Assembly (NCBI GenBank): GCA_046262595.1
Contig: JBHEMM010000002.1
Location: forward strand, 1 to 15,032
Origin: Vulcanimicrobiaceae bacterium
Lineage (GTDB): Bacteria > Vulcanimicrobiota > Vulcanimicrobiia > Vulcanimicrobiales > Vulcanimicrobiaceae
Length of the DNA: 15,032 bases
Reading direction: 5' to 3'
A model generated the notes under the pieces. It was not told the origin of the DNA. It saw only the letters and a list, made by a program, of their open reading frames with translations, and did not search any database. A program made the position numbers and the translations under genes. Below are positions 1 to 9,615 of this stretch, in pieces (position 1 is the first letter of the stretch; each line of letters opens with the position of its first letter).

Positions 1-2128
1 CATACAAGATGTGCGGGTTGTGCAGATCGGGGCGAATCGCGCGGACGTACTGATTGCGCGGCAGATCGCTCACGATGCTCGTCCAATGCGCGCCGAAATC
101 GTGCGTCACGAACAGGTACGGCTTGTAATCCGCCGACCGGTGGCGGTCGACGTTCACGTAGGCCGTCCCGTCGGCGATCGTGGAAGGGGCGACGGTTTCA
201 ACCCGCCCGTACGGCGGCACGCCCGGCATCGTCATTTTTTTCCAATGCGCGCCGCCGTCGCGCGTAAGCGCAACGACACCGTCATCCGCGCCGGTCCAAA
301 TCTCGCCCTTTGCCAAGGCCGATCCTTCGATCTCGATGATGGTGTCGGAATATTCCGCGCCGGAGACGTCATGAACGAGCGGACCGCCCGAAGGCTGCTG
401 ATGCGATTTCATGTTGAGCGTCAGATCGGGACTGATCACTCTCCAGTGGATGCCGCGATCCGTCGTTTGAAACAAGGCGTTCGCGCCGAGCCAGGCGATG
501 TGTCCGTTCCACGGAGCGAACGCAATGGGCGAATCCCAGTTAAAACGGTACTTCGCAAGCGAAACGTTGTAGCTCGCGAGCGACCGCGCGATATACGGCT
601 GCGCGAAGATCGTGTCTTTGGTTTTTTTGTTGTAAACGGTGAGAACGCCGTTCTCCGAATCGGCCCACAGCCAATTCGGATCGATCGGGTCGGGCCACGC
701 CCATTCGCCGTCGCCGCCCGCGGACGCAACCCAATACTTGTTGAGCAGCCCGGAAGGATCGAGTGAGTTGTTCGGGCCGCACCAGCCGTTGTTATCCTGC
801 CAGCCGCCGCACACCCAGTACGGATTCTCGTTCGAATAACCGACGTGGTACACTTCGCCGATCGGGATGTTGCGGTCGAAGAACCAATGCTCGCCGCCGT
901 CCACCGTGCGCGCGATGCCGCCGTCTTCGCCGACGATGATCCGCTTGGGATCGTTCGGTGCGATCCAGATCGCGTGATAGTCCACGTGCACTTGCTGCGC
1001 TATCGCGGTCCATTTTTTCCCGGCGTCACGCGAAACCGCGAGCTGGAAGGAAACGGCGTACGCCTTGTCCGCGTTCTTCGGGTCCACCGCGATGTGTGAG
1101 AAATAGAACGGCCGCTGCACGACAATGGTGTCGTTGCTGACCATCGCCCAGTTTGCGCCCGCATCATCGCTGCGCCACAAAATGCCCGACTTCGATTCGA
1201 TCTCGGCATAAACACGTTTCGCATCGCTCGGCGCGACGGCGAGGCCGATACGTCCGGTAATGCCTTCGGGCAGGCCGTGACCGCTTAAACGGTTCCAGGT
1301 TTTTCCGCCGTCCACGGACTTATAGAGGCCGTCGTCCGGGCCGCCGCTCGCGAAGGTCCACGGCTCGCGTTTGAAATGCCAGATGCCGGCGTAAATCTGC
1401 GTTCCATCCGCGCTCATGGCCATATCGGACACGCCGCTCTGCGTGCTCACGAACAGTGTTTTACTCCAGGTCTTTCCGCCGTCGAACGTCACGAACACGC
1501 CGCGTTCGTTGCTCGGTCCGAAGACGTCGCCCAGAGCGCCTACAATCACATGGTTCGAATTTTTTGGATCGACCAGAATGCGCGCGATGTGCCGCGTGCC
1601 TTCCAGCCCCATGCGTTGGAACGTCTTACCGGCGTCCGTACTCTTATACACGCCATCTCCGTATGATACGTCGTTGCGCGGGTTCGCTTCGCCGGTTCCA
1701 ACCCACACGACGTCGTTGTTGTTCGGATCGATCACCACGGCGCCGATGGCGGCGATCTTCTGCTTTTCGAAAACCGCTTGCCAGGTCTCGCCGCCGTCGC
1801 CCGATTTCCATACCCCGCCGCCCGCGCTGCCGAGGTAATACAGATTCGAGTCGGTGGCCGAACCGGCAACGGCGGCAACGCGGCCGCCGGGAAGCGCCGG
1901 ACCGAGTTCTCGCCATTGCGCGTTCGACCAGGCCGGCCCGGGCGTGGGCGTCGGGCTCGCGGTCGGCGTGGCTTTGGCCGGCTTCGGAGGCGCTTGCGAG
2001 GCCTTCGGATTCACGCTTTTTGCCGCGGGCGACGGCGAGGCCGCCGGTTCGGGCGATTGCTGCGCAGCCGCGGGAATCGCAGAAAACATGCCGGCCGCGA
2101 AAGCGATCGCAAAACAGAAACGGTTCAT
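1..2128 (-). CDS. Secreted BNR/Asp-box repeat beta-propeller protein (VPS10/sortilin-like, 'glycosyl hydrolase' type); 3' end runs off the window
   Basis: Translated by hand; it is missing from the ORF track because there is no stop in the window. ATG at 2128 gives MNRFCFAIAFAAGMFSAIPAAAQQ (signal-peptide-like), a Pro/Ala/Ser/Thr linker, then WRELGPALPGGRVAAVAG...GGGVWKSGDGGETW...VWVGTGEANPRNDVSYGDGVYKSTDAGKTF. Further Asp-boxes: TFDGGKTW, SVDGGKTW, SDDAGANW, TVDGGEHW, TTDRGIHW, TRDGGAHW. The frame is open to position 2 (...PDLHNPHILY), about 709 codons. SD-like GAAAGG lies upstream. Confidence 0.9.
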   Translation of the reverse strand, partial: MNRFCFAIAFAAGMFSAIPAAAQQSPEPAASPSPAAKSVNPKASQAPPKPAKATPTASPTPTPGPAWSNAQWRELGPALPGGRVAAVAGSATDSNLYYLGSAGGGVWKSGDGGETWQAVFEKQKIAAIGAVVIDPNNNDVVWVGTGEANPRNDVSYGDGVYKSTDAGKTFQRMGLEGTRHIARILVDPKNSNHVIVGALGDVFGPSNERGVFVTFDGGKTWSKTLFVSTQSGVSDMAMSADGTQIYAGIWHFKREPWTFASGGPDDGLYKSVDGGKTWNRLSGHGLPEGITGRIGLAVAPSDAKRVYAEIESKSGILWRSDDAGANWAMVSNDTIVVQRPFYFSHIAVDPKNADKAYAVSFQLAVSRDAGKKWTAIAQQVHVDYHAIWIAPNDPKRIIVGEDGGIARTVDGGEHWFFDRNIPIGEVYHVGYSNENPYWVCGGWQDNNGWCGPNNSLDPSGLLNKYWVASAGGDGEWAWPDPIDPNWLWADSENGVLTVYNKKTKDTIFAQPYIARSLASYNVSLAKYRFNWDSPIAFAPWNGHIAWLGANALFQTTDRGIHWRVISPDLTLNMKSHQQPSGGPLVHDVSGAEYSDTIIEIEGSALAKGEIWTGADDGVVALTRDGGAHWKKMTMPGVPPYGRVETVAPSTIADGTAYVNVDRHRSADYKPYLFVTHDFGAHWTSIVSDLPRNQYVRAIRPDLHNPHILY

Positions 2129-2144
2129 GTACGAAATATGCCTT

Positions 2145-2531
2145 TCAAATTGAACGCGCAAGCGCAACGCCGCCGAATGCGGCGATGACTCCAAGGATAA
2201 CGCTTCCTGCGATATATGCAACTGCCAGCAATACGGCACGACCGCCGATAAGCTGCAGAGCGTCGAACGAGAACGTAGAAAAGGTCGTGTAGCCGCCTAA
2301 TACGCCCGTCATAAAAAACAGCCGCACAAGCGGCGTTCCGGCATTAGCGCGCGTCAGCGCAAGCTCTGCGAGGACGCCAATTGCGAAGCTCCCCGTTATG
2401 TTGATCAACATTGTGGGCCACGGGAAACCCGGACCGTAGCGCTGCGTCACCGCGAAGGTGATCAGCAGGCGCAGCACGCTGCCCGCACCGCCGCCAGCGA
2501 AAACTGCCGCTACGGATTGCCAGTTGATTAT
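2145..2531 (-). CDS. crcB: Fluoride efflux channel Fluc/CrcB
   Basis: Family motifs GGGAGSVLR (TM1), FPWPTMLINITGSFAIG and TGVLGGYTTFSTF. The ORF-track GTG at 2477 cuts into TM1. The frame continues to ATA at 2531 (IINWQSVAAVFAGGGAGSVLR), giving a typical length of 128 aa. Start is uncertain. Confidence 0.93.
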   Translation of the reverse strand: MINWQSVAAVFAGGGAGSVLRLLITFAVTQRYGPGFPWPTMLINITGSFAIGVLAELALTRANAGTPLVRLFFMTGVLGGYTTFSTFSFDALQLIGGRAVLLAVAYIAGSVILGVIAAFGGVALARSI

Positions 2532-2881
2532 GCACCGCCACGCGGCGAGCCGCTGCGGTAGTGGATCACTTCGACCGTCTCGAGTGTCACGAGCCCTTCA
2601 CCGATCAGCGCATCGAGCTGCGGAAGAAAAGCGGCTATCTTTTCTTCCGAGTCGACAATTTCGATCAGGACCGGCAGATCGCTCGAGAGATCGAACACGC
2701 GCGCCGCATGCACGACGGAGTGGCCGCCGAAGCCTTCGATTCCTTTAAACACCGTCGCGCCCGACAATCCGCTTTTGCGCGCAAGCTCGACGAGCGCCGT
2801 GTACAGCGGCTGATGGCCGTGCCGGTCGCCCTCTCCGATGAAGATTCGGAGCAGCTTGCCGTGTCTACTTGCTTCGGCCAT
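2528..2881 (-). CDS. DUF190 family (PII-like) protein, crcB-associated
   Basis: 117 aa from ATG 2881: LLRIFIGEGDRHGHQPLY...GATVFKGIEGFG...DLSSDLPVLIEIVDSEEKI. This matches my recollection of DUF190, and the gene sits next to crcB as is usual for the family. Confidence 0.88.
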   Translation of the reverse strand: MAEASRHGKLLRIFIGEGDRHGHQPLYTALVELARKSGLSGATVFKGIEGFGGHSVVHAARVFDLSSDLPVLIEIVDSEEKIAAFLPQLDALIGEGLVTLETVEVIHYRSGSPRGGA

Positions 2882-3002
2882 GTTCGTACGCCGGCACGTT
2901 GACGTTGAATGCCCACCACTCGGAAAAGCCGATCGCGCCGCATACGATCGCAAAAAAAACAATCAGCGCGATGCCCCAACCACGCTTGGAACGAGGGGTC
3001 AT
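2865..3002 (-). CDS. Putative small single-pass membrane protein (45 aa)
   Basis: MTPRSKRGWGIALIVFFAIVCGAIGFSEWWAFNVNVPAYEHGRSK: basic N-terminus followed by an approximately 19-residue hydrophobic stretch. It fills the gap upstream of DUF190 and overlaps the DUF190 start by 17 nt. Confidence 0.55.
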   Translation of the reverse strand: MTPRSKRGWGIALIVFFAIVCGAIGFSEWWAFNVNVPAYEHGRSK

Positions 3003-3085
3003 TCCGGAATAACGGCTCACTTGTAGGCCGCGCTTCCGGCGATTTCCACAAGGGACCTTCCGGCGCATCGCGTATCCCTTCGCCC

Positions 3086-3730
3086 ATGCCTCGCTTCACC
3101 GCCCCGTTTATGACGGGACTTGGAATCGTCGTTTGTTCGTTTCTTCCGGCAGCCGCATCGGCCGCGCCGGCCGTGCTGCCTGCCAACCCGGCGGCGGTGC
3201 GCGCATATGCCGGCGTGCTGCATAAGATTAATCCGCACATGCCCTCCTGGCAAAGCCGCGAACTTGCCGAACATCTGCTGATCAACGCAAGCCGCTGGAA
3301 AGTGGATGCCAACATTCTGGTCGCGCTGGTTTCCGTCGAGTCGGCGTGGCGCACCGGTGCCCGCTCGTGGGTCGGAGCCATAGGCTTGGGCCAGCTGATG
3401 CCGGGCACCGCCGCGCTCATGCACGTGAACCCGCGGGACCCGTATCAAAACTTGCAGGGAGCGGCGCGTTATCTCGGCGGCCTGCTGCACCGCTACCGTA
3501 AAAGCCCCCATCAATATTCGCTAGCCTTCGCAGCATACAACGCCGGGCCGCGAGCGGTCGCGCGTTATCAGGGCATTCCGCCGTTCGCCGAAACGCAGAA
3601 CTACGTGGTCAAGGTGATGAGCGCATGGCATCGCGTCGCGCGCGGCGTGCACGTGCCGGCGCAGAAGCTGCAGACCGTCGTTGCGGTCACGCGCGCCTCC
3701 GCCGACGAGTCGTATTGGACGCGCCGCTAG
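3086..3730 (+). CDS. Lytic transglycosylase (SLT domain), exported
   Basis: SLT motifs VES (catalytic Glu), GAIGLGQLMPGTA, AFAAYNAGP and PFAETQNYV. Signal-peptide-like N-terminus from ATG 3086 (...VVCSFLPAAASA); 214 aa. Confidence 0.9.
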   Translation: MPRFTAPFMTGLGIVVCSFLPAAASAAPAVLPANPAAVRAYAGVLHKINPHMPSWQSRELAEHLLINASRWKVDANILVALVSVESAWRTGARSWVGAIGLGQLMPGTAALMHVNPRDPYQNLQGAARYLGGLLHRYRKSPHQYSLAFAAYNAGPRAVARYQGIPPFAETQNYVVKVMSAWHRVARGVHVPAQKLQTVVAVTRASADESYWTRR

Positions 3731-4203
3731 AGCTGCGCTAACACCTCGTCGATCGCTTCGAGAACTTCCGGAGCGCGTGCGATGCGAATCGCATGCGCTC
3801 CCGCGCTTTCTGCGGCTTGCTGGTCGCTCTGCTTATCGCCGATGACCAGACAGCACGCAACGTCCACGCCCAGCGCCCGCGCCGCGTCCAGAATTAGCTG
3901 CGGTTTGGGTTTGCGGCAGTTGCATCCGTCGTCGGGGCCATGCGGGCAGTAGAGCCAGGCATCGAACGGCCCAAGCAATTCTTCAACGCGGCGGTTCACC
4001 GACTCCACTTGCGCGGCGGTGATCATGCCGCGTGCAACGCCGCTTTGATTCGAAACGACGGCAAGCGGCACGCCCGCGGCGCGCAGCGCATCGAGCTTCT
4101 CACGCACGCCTGAAACCGGACGCACGGCATCCGGTTCCCCGTTGTAGGGGACATCGTGAACGATCGTGCCGTCGCGGTCGAAGATCACCGCACACGGTCT
4201 TAC
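3727..4203 (-). CDS. HAD-IIIA phosphatase, GmhB/HisB-N family (D,D-heptose 1,7-bisphosphate phosphatase-like)
   Basis: Motifs FDRDGTI (DxD), VVSNQSGVARG, CPH...CNCRKPKP (Zn site) and IGDKQSD. Start is uncertain: GTG at 4188, or GTA at 4203 overlapping the upstream stop. Overlaps the convergent SLT gene by 4 bp. Confidence 0.88.
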   Translation of the reverse strand, partial: VRPCAVIFDRDGTIVHDVPYNGEPDAVRPVSGVREKLDALRAAGVPLAVVSNQSGVARGMITAAQVESVNRRVEELLGPFDAWLYCPHGPDDGCNCRKPKPQLILDAARALGVDVACCLVIGDKQSDQQAAESAGAHAIRIARAPEVLEAIDEVLAQL

Positions 4204-5483
4204 GGAAAGGCGAATAATGCCACCGCCGCTATCCCCATCACCGCGAAGGTGAGCCACGACCAAGCGTTTGCCAAAAACGAATTGCGCCATTTCCCCATCG
4301 TCTTCTTATCGTTGGCGATGCGAATCACGATGAAGACCAGCGGTACCGACACGATGCCGTTCAGCACCGCGCTCCAGTACAGCGCCGTGATCGGATTGAC
4401 GTTCAGGAACGGCATCACCATGCCGGCAAGCAAGCCGGCACCGAGCACGGCATAAAAGCGCGGCGCGCGCCTTGGCGCTGCGTTTAAGCCGGCGCGGGGG
4501 AACGAGAGCATTTCCGCCGCGACGTACGCCGAGGAGCCGGCAAGCGCAGGAATCGCGAGCAATCCGGTGCCGACCATACCCAGCGTGAAGAGCAGATATG
4601 CCGCATCGCCGGCAAGCGGACGAAGCGCTTGCGCCGCATCTTGCGCCGATGCGATGTTCGTTTTCCCATGCGCGAACAAGGTCAGGGCGGTGGTGACGAT
4701 AATGAAAAACATCACCAGGTTCGAGAGCACCATCCCGATGTTGACGTCAAAATGCGCGCCGCGGATCTCTTCGTCCGTCGCCCCCCGCCGCTGCGCGACC
4801 CTGCTTCGTCCCAGTGCCTTCTCTTCTTCGACCTCGAGTGCCGACTGCCAGAAAAACAGATATGGCGTAATCGTCGTTCCAAGGACGCCCATGGCCGTCG
4901 TGATCCAGGTCTTGTTGAAATGGACTTCGGGAATCACCAAGCGCCGGAGTACCGCGGGCCAGTGCGGGTCCACCACAAACGCCGTTACGATGTACGCCAG
5001 CAGCGTTATCGCCATGAACTTAAGGATCTCGGCAATCCTGCGGTAAGAAAGGCGGATTAAGCCCACGATGAGCGCGACGGCAAAGAACACATCCCACGCC
5101 AGCATCGGCACGGCGGGAACGACCATATGCGCCGCCGCCGACATGCCGGCGAAATCGGCGCCGACGTTAAAGGTGTTGGCAAGCACGACCGCCGCGGCCA
5201 CGGGGTATGCGATCCAAAGCGGAATGGCTTTGCGGATATTGGCCGCCAAACCGACGCCCGTCACCATGCCGATGCGCGCGCACATGCCTTGAATGACCGC
5301 CATCATCGGCGTCGTGAACAACGCGAGCCATAACATGGAAAGGCCGGTGGATGCACCGGCCACAGAATACGTCGAGATCCCCGAGGGGTCGTCATCCGAG
5401 GCCCCGGTGATCAAGCCGGGGCCCAACGTTAAAAGACGATTCCAGAGCGTCCGAGGCGCAGCAGCCACCTCGGCCCCGGACAT
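4200..5483 (-). CDS. NRAMP-family divalent metal cation transporter (DDDPSG subgroup)
   Basis: Motifs LGPGLITGASDDDPSGISTYSVAGA, ARIGMVTGVGL, GTTITPYLFFWQ and AAQALRPLAG, with many hydrophobic helices. ATG 5483 has SD AAGAGG 9 nt upstream; ATG 5507 is an alternative start. Confidence 0.87.
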   Translation of the reverse strand: MSGAEVAAAPRTLWNRLLTLGPGLITGASDDDPSGISTYSVAGASTGLSMLWLALFTTPMMAVIQGMCARIGMVTGVGLAANIRKAIPLWIAYPVAAAVVLANTFNVGADFAGMSAAAHMVVPAVPMLAWDVFFAVALIVGLIRLSYRRIAEILKFMAITLLAYIVTAFVVDPHWPAVLRRLVIPEVHFNKTWITTAMGVLGTTITPYLFFWQSALEVEEEKALGRSRVAQRRGATDEEIRGAHFDVNIGMVLSNLVMFFIIVTTALTLFAHGKTNIASAQDAAQALRPLAGDAAYLLFTLGMVGTGLLAIPALAGSSAYVAAEMLSFPRAGLNAAPRRAPRFYAVLGAGLLAGMVMPFLNVNPITALYWSAVLNGIVSVPLVFIVIRIANDKKTMGKWRNSFLANAWSWLTFAVMGIAAVALFAFP

Positions 5484-5515
5484 TTTTAAACGCCTCTTAT
5501 CACTCATCCAGGGCC

Positions 5516-5521
5516 ATGATA
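5516..5521 (-). promoter_or_regulatory. Candidate -10 box (TATCAT) for the NRAMP gene
   Basis: TATCAT (TAnnnT) lies in the short gap after the thiC stop, 8 nt before ATG 5507 and upstream of the SD/ATG at 5483. Pattern match only. Confidence 0.4.
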
Positions 5522-5529
5522 CCCGCCTG

Positions 5530-7290
<1,761 letters not shown>

Positions 7291-7294
7291 GAGC

Positions 7295-7300
7295 AGTCTA
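7295..7300 (-). promoter_or_regulatory. Candidate -10 box (TAGACT) for the riboswitch-thiC transcript
   Basis: TAGACT lies 8 nt upstream of the aptamer's GCGGGAGC. Pattern match only. Confidence 0.45.
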
Positions 7301-7396
7301 CCGCGTCTCGTGCGGCGGGGCCTTTCGCCGTCAAGGACGCTCGACTGCTTACGCTAATAACGGGCGTGTGAGCACGACCGGCGCAGTCGCCGAAAG

Positions 7397-8317
7397 TTGG
7401 CGAAAAGAATAGCTTCGGCCACGGCGCGTTACGGAGTACTTGCCGCCGCGCAGATCGCCGTCGGTGCCGCTGCGGTCTTCGCACGCTTTGCGCTCGGCGG
7501 TGCCGGCGCACTTGCGGTGTCGGCGGGACGATTGACGATTGCGGCGGCGATTTTGCTCGTGTGGTCCGCCCTTCGGCATGCTGAGTGCGACGAAGGCAAG
7601 GCTCGGGCGCGACCGGTGGTGTTTGCGGCAGCCGGCATTGCCCTGGCTGCGCATTTCGCGGCGTGGATCTGGTCGCTCGAATATACCACCGTGGCGATCT
7701 CGACGCTGCTCGTTGCAACGACGCCCGTTTGGACGGCGTTGTACGACGCTGCGTTTGCGAAACAGCGGCTTTCGCCGCTCGCATGCGGCGCGATCGTTGC
7801 CGGGGCGGCTGGCGTGTATCTGATCGCGGGAAGCAACCGGCTGCAGCCCCAGACACCGGTTCCGGGACATCCGCTGCTGGGCGCGCTGCTCGCCCTCGCG
7901 GGTGCCATCGCGATCGCCGCGTACTTCATCATCGTGCGCACCGTGCGCGATGCGTACGGAACGCGCGCGATCGTTACGCGAACGTACACGTGGGCCGCAG
8001 TGTTCCTCATCGCAGCGGCCGCGCTCGCGCATCAAGCGCCGCCCCCGCCCGCGAATACCGCTGCCTGGGCGGGCATTGTGGCGATGGCGTTGATCTCGCA
8101 GCTGCTCGGCCACACCGCACTGAACGCGGCGCTGCGGTGGTTTTCCGCAAGCGCGGTGGCAATAAGCACGCTGGTCGAACCGATCGTTGCCGCGCTGTTG
8201 GCGCTGGCGATCTTTGCTGAAAGCCTTTCCGCACCCGCACTTGCGGGCGGTCTGCTCGTCTTAGCAGCGATCGGGGCTTTTTTGCGTGAAGAAGGGCGCG
8301 CTGCGCCTCAAGGATAA
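7397..8317 (+). CDS. EamA/DMT-superfamily transporter
   Basis: About 10 hydrophobic segments in two repeats, with motifs ALAAHFAAWIWSLEYTTVAISTLLVATTPVW, SQLLGHTALNAALR and TLVEPIVAALLA. The TTG start at 7397 is uncertain. Confidence 0.9.
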   Translation: MAKRIASATARYGVLAAAQIAVGAAAVFARFALGGAGALAVSAGRLTIAAAILLVWSALRHAECDEGKARARPVVFAAAGIALAAHFAAWIWSLEYTTVAISTLLVATTPVWTALYDAAFAKQRLSPLACGAIVAGAAGVYLIAGSNRLQPQTPVPGHPLLGALLALAGAIAIAAYFIIVRTVRDAYGTRAIVTRTYTWAAVFLIAAAALAHQAPPPPANTAAWAGIVAMALISQLLGHTALNAALRWFSASAVAISTLVEPIVAALLALAIFAESLSAPALAGGLLVLAAIGAFLREEGRAAPQG

Positions 8318-8453
8318 GCAAGTGGGAGCCCGGCGGAATTGCTTTACCGGTTGCGTGCCGGGACGATCGTGCGAGTCCAACCTTTCGTGTTGCCGTCGCG
8401 ACCCGCCAAGTGTCGTTGCACTACAGATACATCCGCAGCTGACGGGGTTAACC

Positions 8454-9590
8454 ATGAAACTTGATCGCCGAAGATTCCTCGGCGGCGCAGCACTTGCCCT
8501 TTCCGGAGCAAGCTTACCACTCGCTGCGGCGTCTGCGGGAGCGGCTCAAAACACTGCGCGGCATCGTCGAATAGCAACAGAGGAAGCCTTCACGACGCCG
8601 CAGCTTGCGGAACAATACCGGCGAATTGCACAGTCGGACTCGAGCAAGAGCCTGGACCTCGTGCTGATGCGGATGGTGTTCGATGACCCGCGTCCGGGTG
8701 GACTCGGCGAGCAGTTCCGCCGTCAGCTTCTCGACGTCAGTAAAGAGCGCATTCAGATAATGGATGAGAGCGGCGTGGATATGCACCTGCTATCGCTCAC
8801 CATTCCCGGCGTGCAGATGTTTGACGCCTCAGCGGCCGTCTCTGCAGCCACGAATGCGAACGACTATCTTGCCCACACGATTCGCGAGCACCCCAATCGC
8901 TTTGCCGGCCTCGCCGCTTTCGCACCGCAGGACCCCCGCCGATCTGCCCGGGAGATGGAGCGGGCGATCTCGTCGCTGGGCCTGAACGGCTTCATCATCA
9001 ATTCGCACACCAACAACGAATATCTCGACGACGAGAAATATTGGGAAGTTTTTGAGGCAGCTGCCGCACTGGAGCGACCCATTTATCTTCACCCGCGATC
9101 ACCATCAGACGGAATGGCGGAGCCGTTCCGTGAGTATCAGATGGGAGGATCGATGTGGGGCTATGCAATCGAGTCGGGCACTCATGCCGTCCGCCTAATC
9201 TGCAGCGGAGTGTTTGACCGCTTCCCGCGGCTGAAGGTCGTGCTTGGGCACATGGGCGAGGCCGTCCCTTACTGGCTTTGGCGGCTCGACTTTATGCACG
9301 CGCGCCGCGCAGGACAGGGAATGGTCAAGAAGTTGGCGCTCAAGCCAAGTGAATATTTCCAGCGCAACTTCGCGGTCACAACCAGCGGTGTCGAGTCGCA
9401 TGATGTGCTTCGCTATGTTCTCGAGGTCCTCGGACCTGACAACGTCATGTGGGCAATCGACTATCCGTATCAGCCGACGCCACCCGCAGTCGCGTTCATG
9501 GACACCGCGCCAATTCCGAGCGCGCTCAAGGCGAAAGTGTATCACGGAAACGCGGAGCGACTGTTCCACATTGCCTTCGCCGACGCGTAG
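8454..9590 (+). CDS. Amidohydrolase_2-family non-oxidative aromatic acid decarboxylase, LigW (5-carboxyvanillate decarboxylase)-like, with twin-arginine signal peptide
   Basis: 378 aa from ATG 8454. Motifs RIATEEA, GVDMHLLSLTIPGVQMFD, FAPQDP, INSHTN, YLHPR, WGY, VLGHMGE, WRLD, TTSGVESH and MWAIDYPYQP closely follow sphingomonad LigW as I recall it. N-terminus MKLDRRRFLGGAALALSGASLPLAAASAGAA. Confidence 0.88.
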   Translation: MKLDRRRFLGGAALALSGASLPLAAASAGAAQNTARHRRIATEEAFTTPQLAEQYRRIAQSDSSKSLDLVLMRMVFDDPRPGGLGEQFRRQLLDVSKERIQIMDESGVDMHLLSLTIPGVQMFDASAAVSAATNANDYLAHTIREHPNRFAGLAAFAPQDPRRSAREMERAISSLGLNGFIINSHTNNEYLDDEKYWEVFEAAAALERPIYLHPRSPSDGMAEPFREYQMGGSMWGYAIESGTHAVRLICSGVFDRFPRLKVVLGHMGEAVPYWLWRLDFMHARRAGQGMVKKLALKPSEYFQRNFAVTTSGVESHDVLRYVLEVLGPDNVMWAIDYPYQPTPPAVAFMDTAPIPSALKAKVYHGNAERLFHIAFADA

Positions 9591-9615
9591 AGCGCCCTCC
9601 GTTGAAAGCGGACGT

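Noticed and set aside
11..766. 251-aa plus-strand ORF and other plus-strand ORFs up to 2292
   Set aside because: They are antisense shadows of the minus-strand Asp-box protein and carry no recognisable motifs.
2882..3085. Fluoride riboswitch upstream of the crcB operon
   Set aside because: By eye I found no GGCGAUGG...GCUGAUGAC-like core on the minus strand. A cmsearch with the fluoride riboswitch model would settle it.
2909..3085. N-terminal extension of the transglycosylase in the ORF track
   Set aside because: It overlaps the opposite-strand small ORF, and the signal-peptide-like sequence begins at ATG 3086.
8286..8453. 56-codon extension of the amidohydrolase ORF
   Set aside because: It overlaps the EamA end and would bury the Tat motif. 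ATG 8454 has an SD-like GGGG upstream.
8318..9600. Horizontally acquired island around the LigW-like gene
   Set aside because: No integrase, transposase, flanking repeat or tRNA, and no clear GC shift by eye. A codon-usage or k-mer test would be needed.
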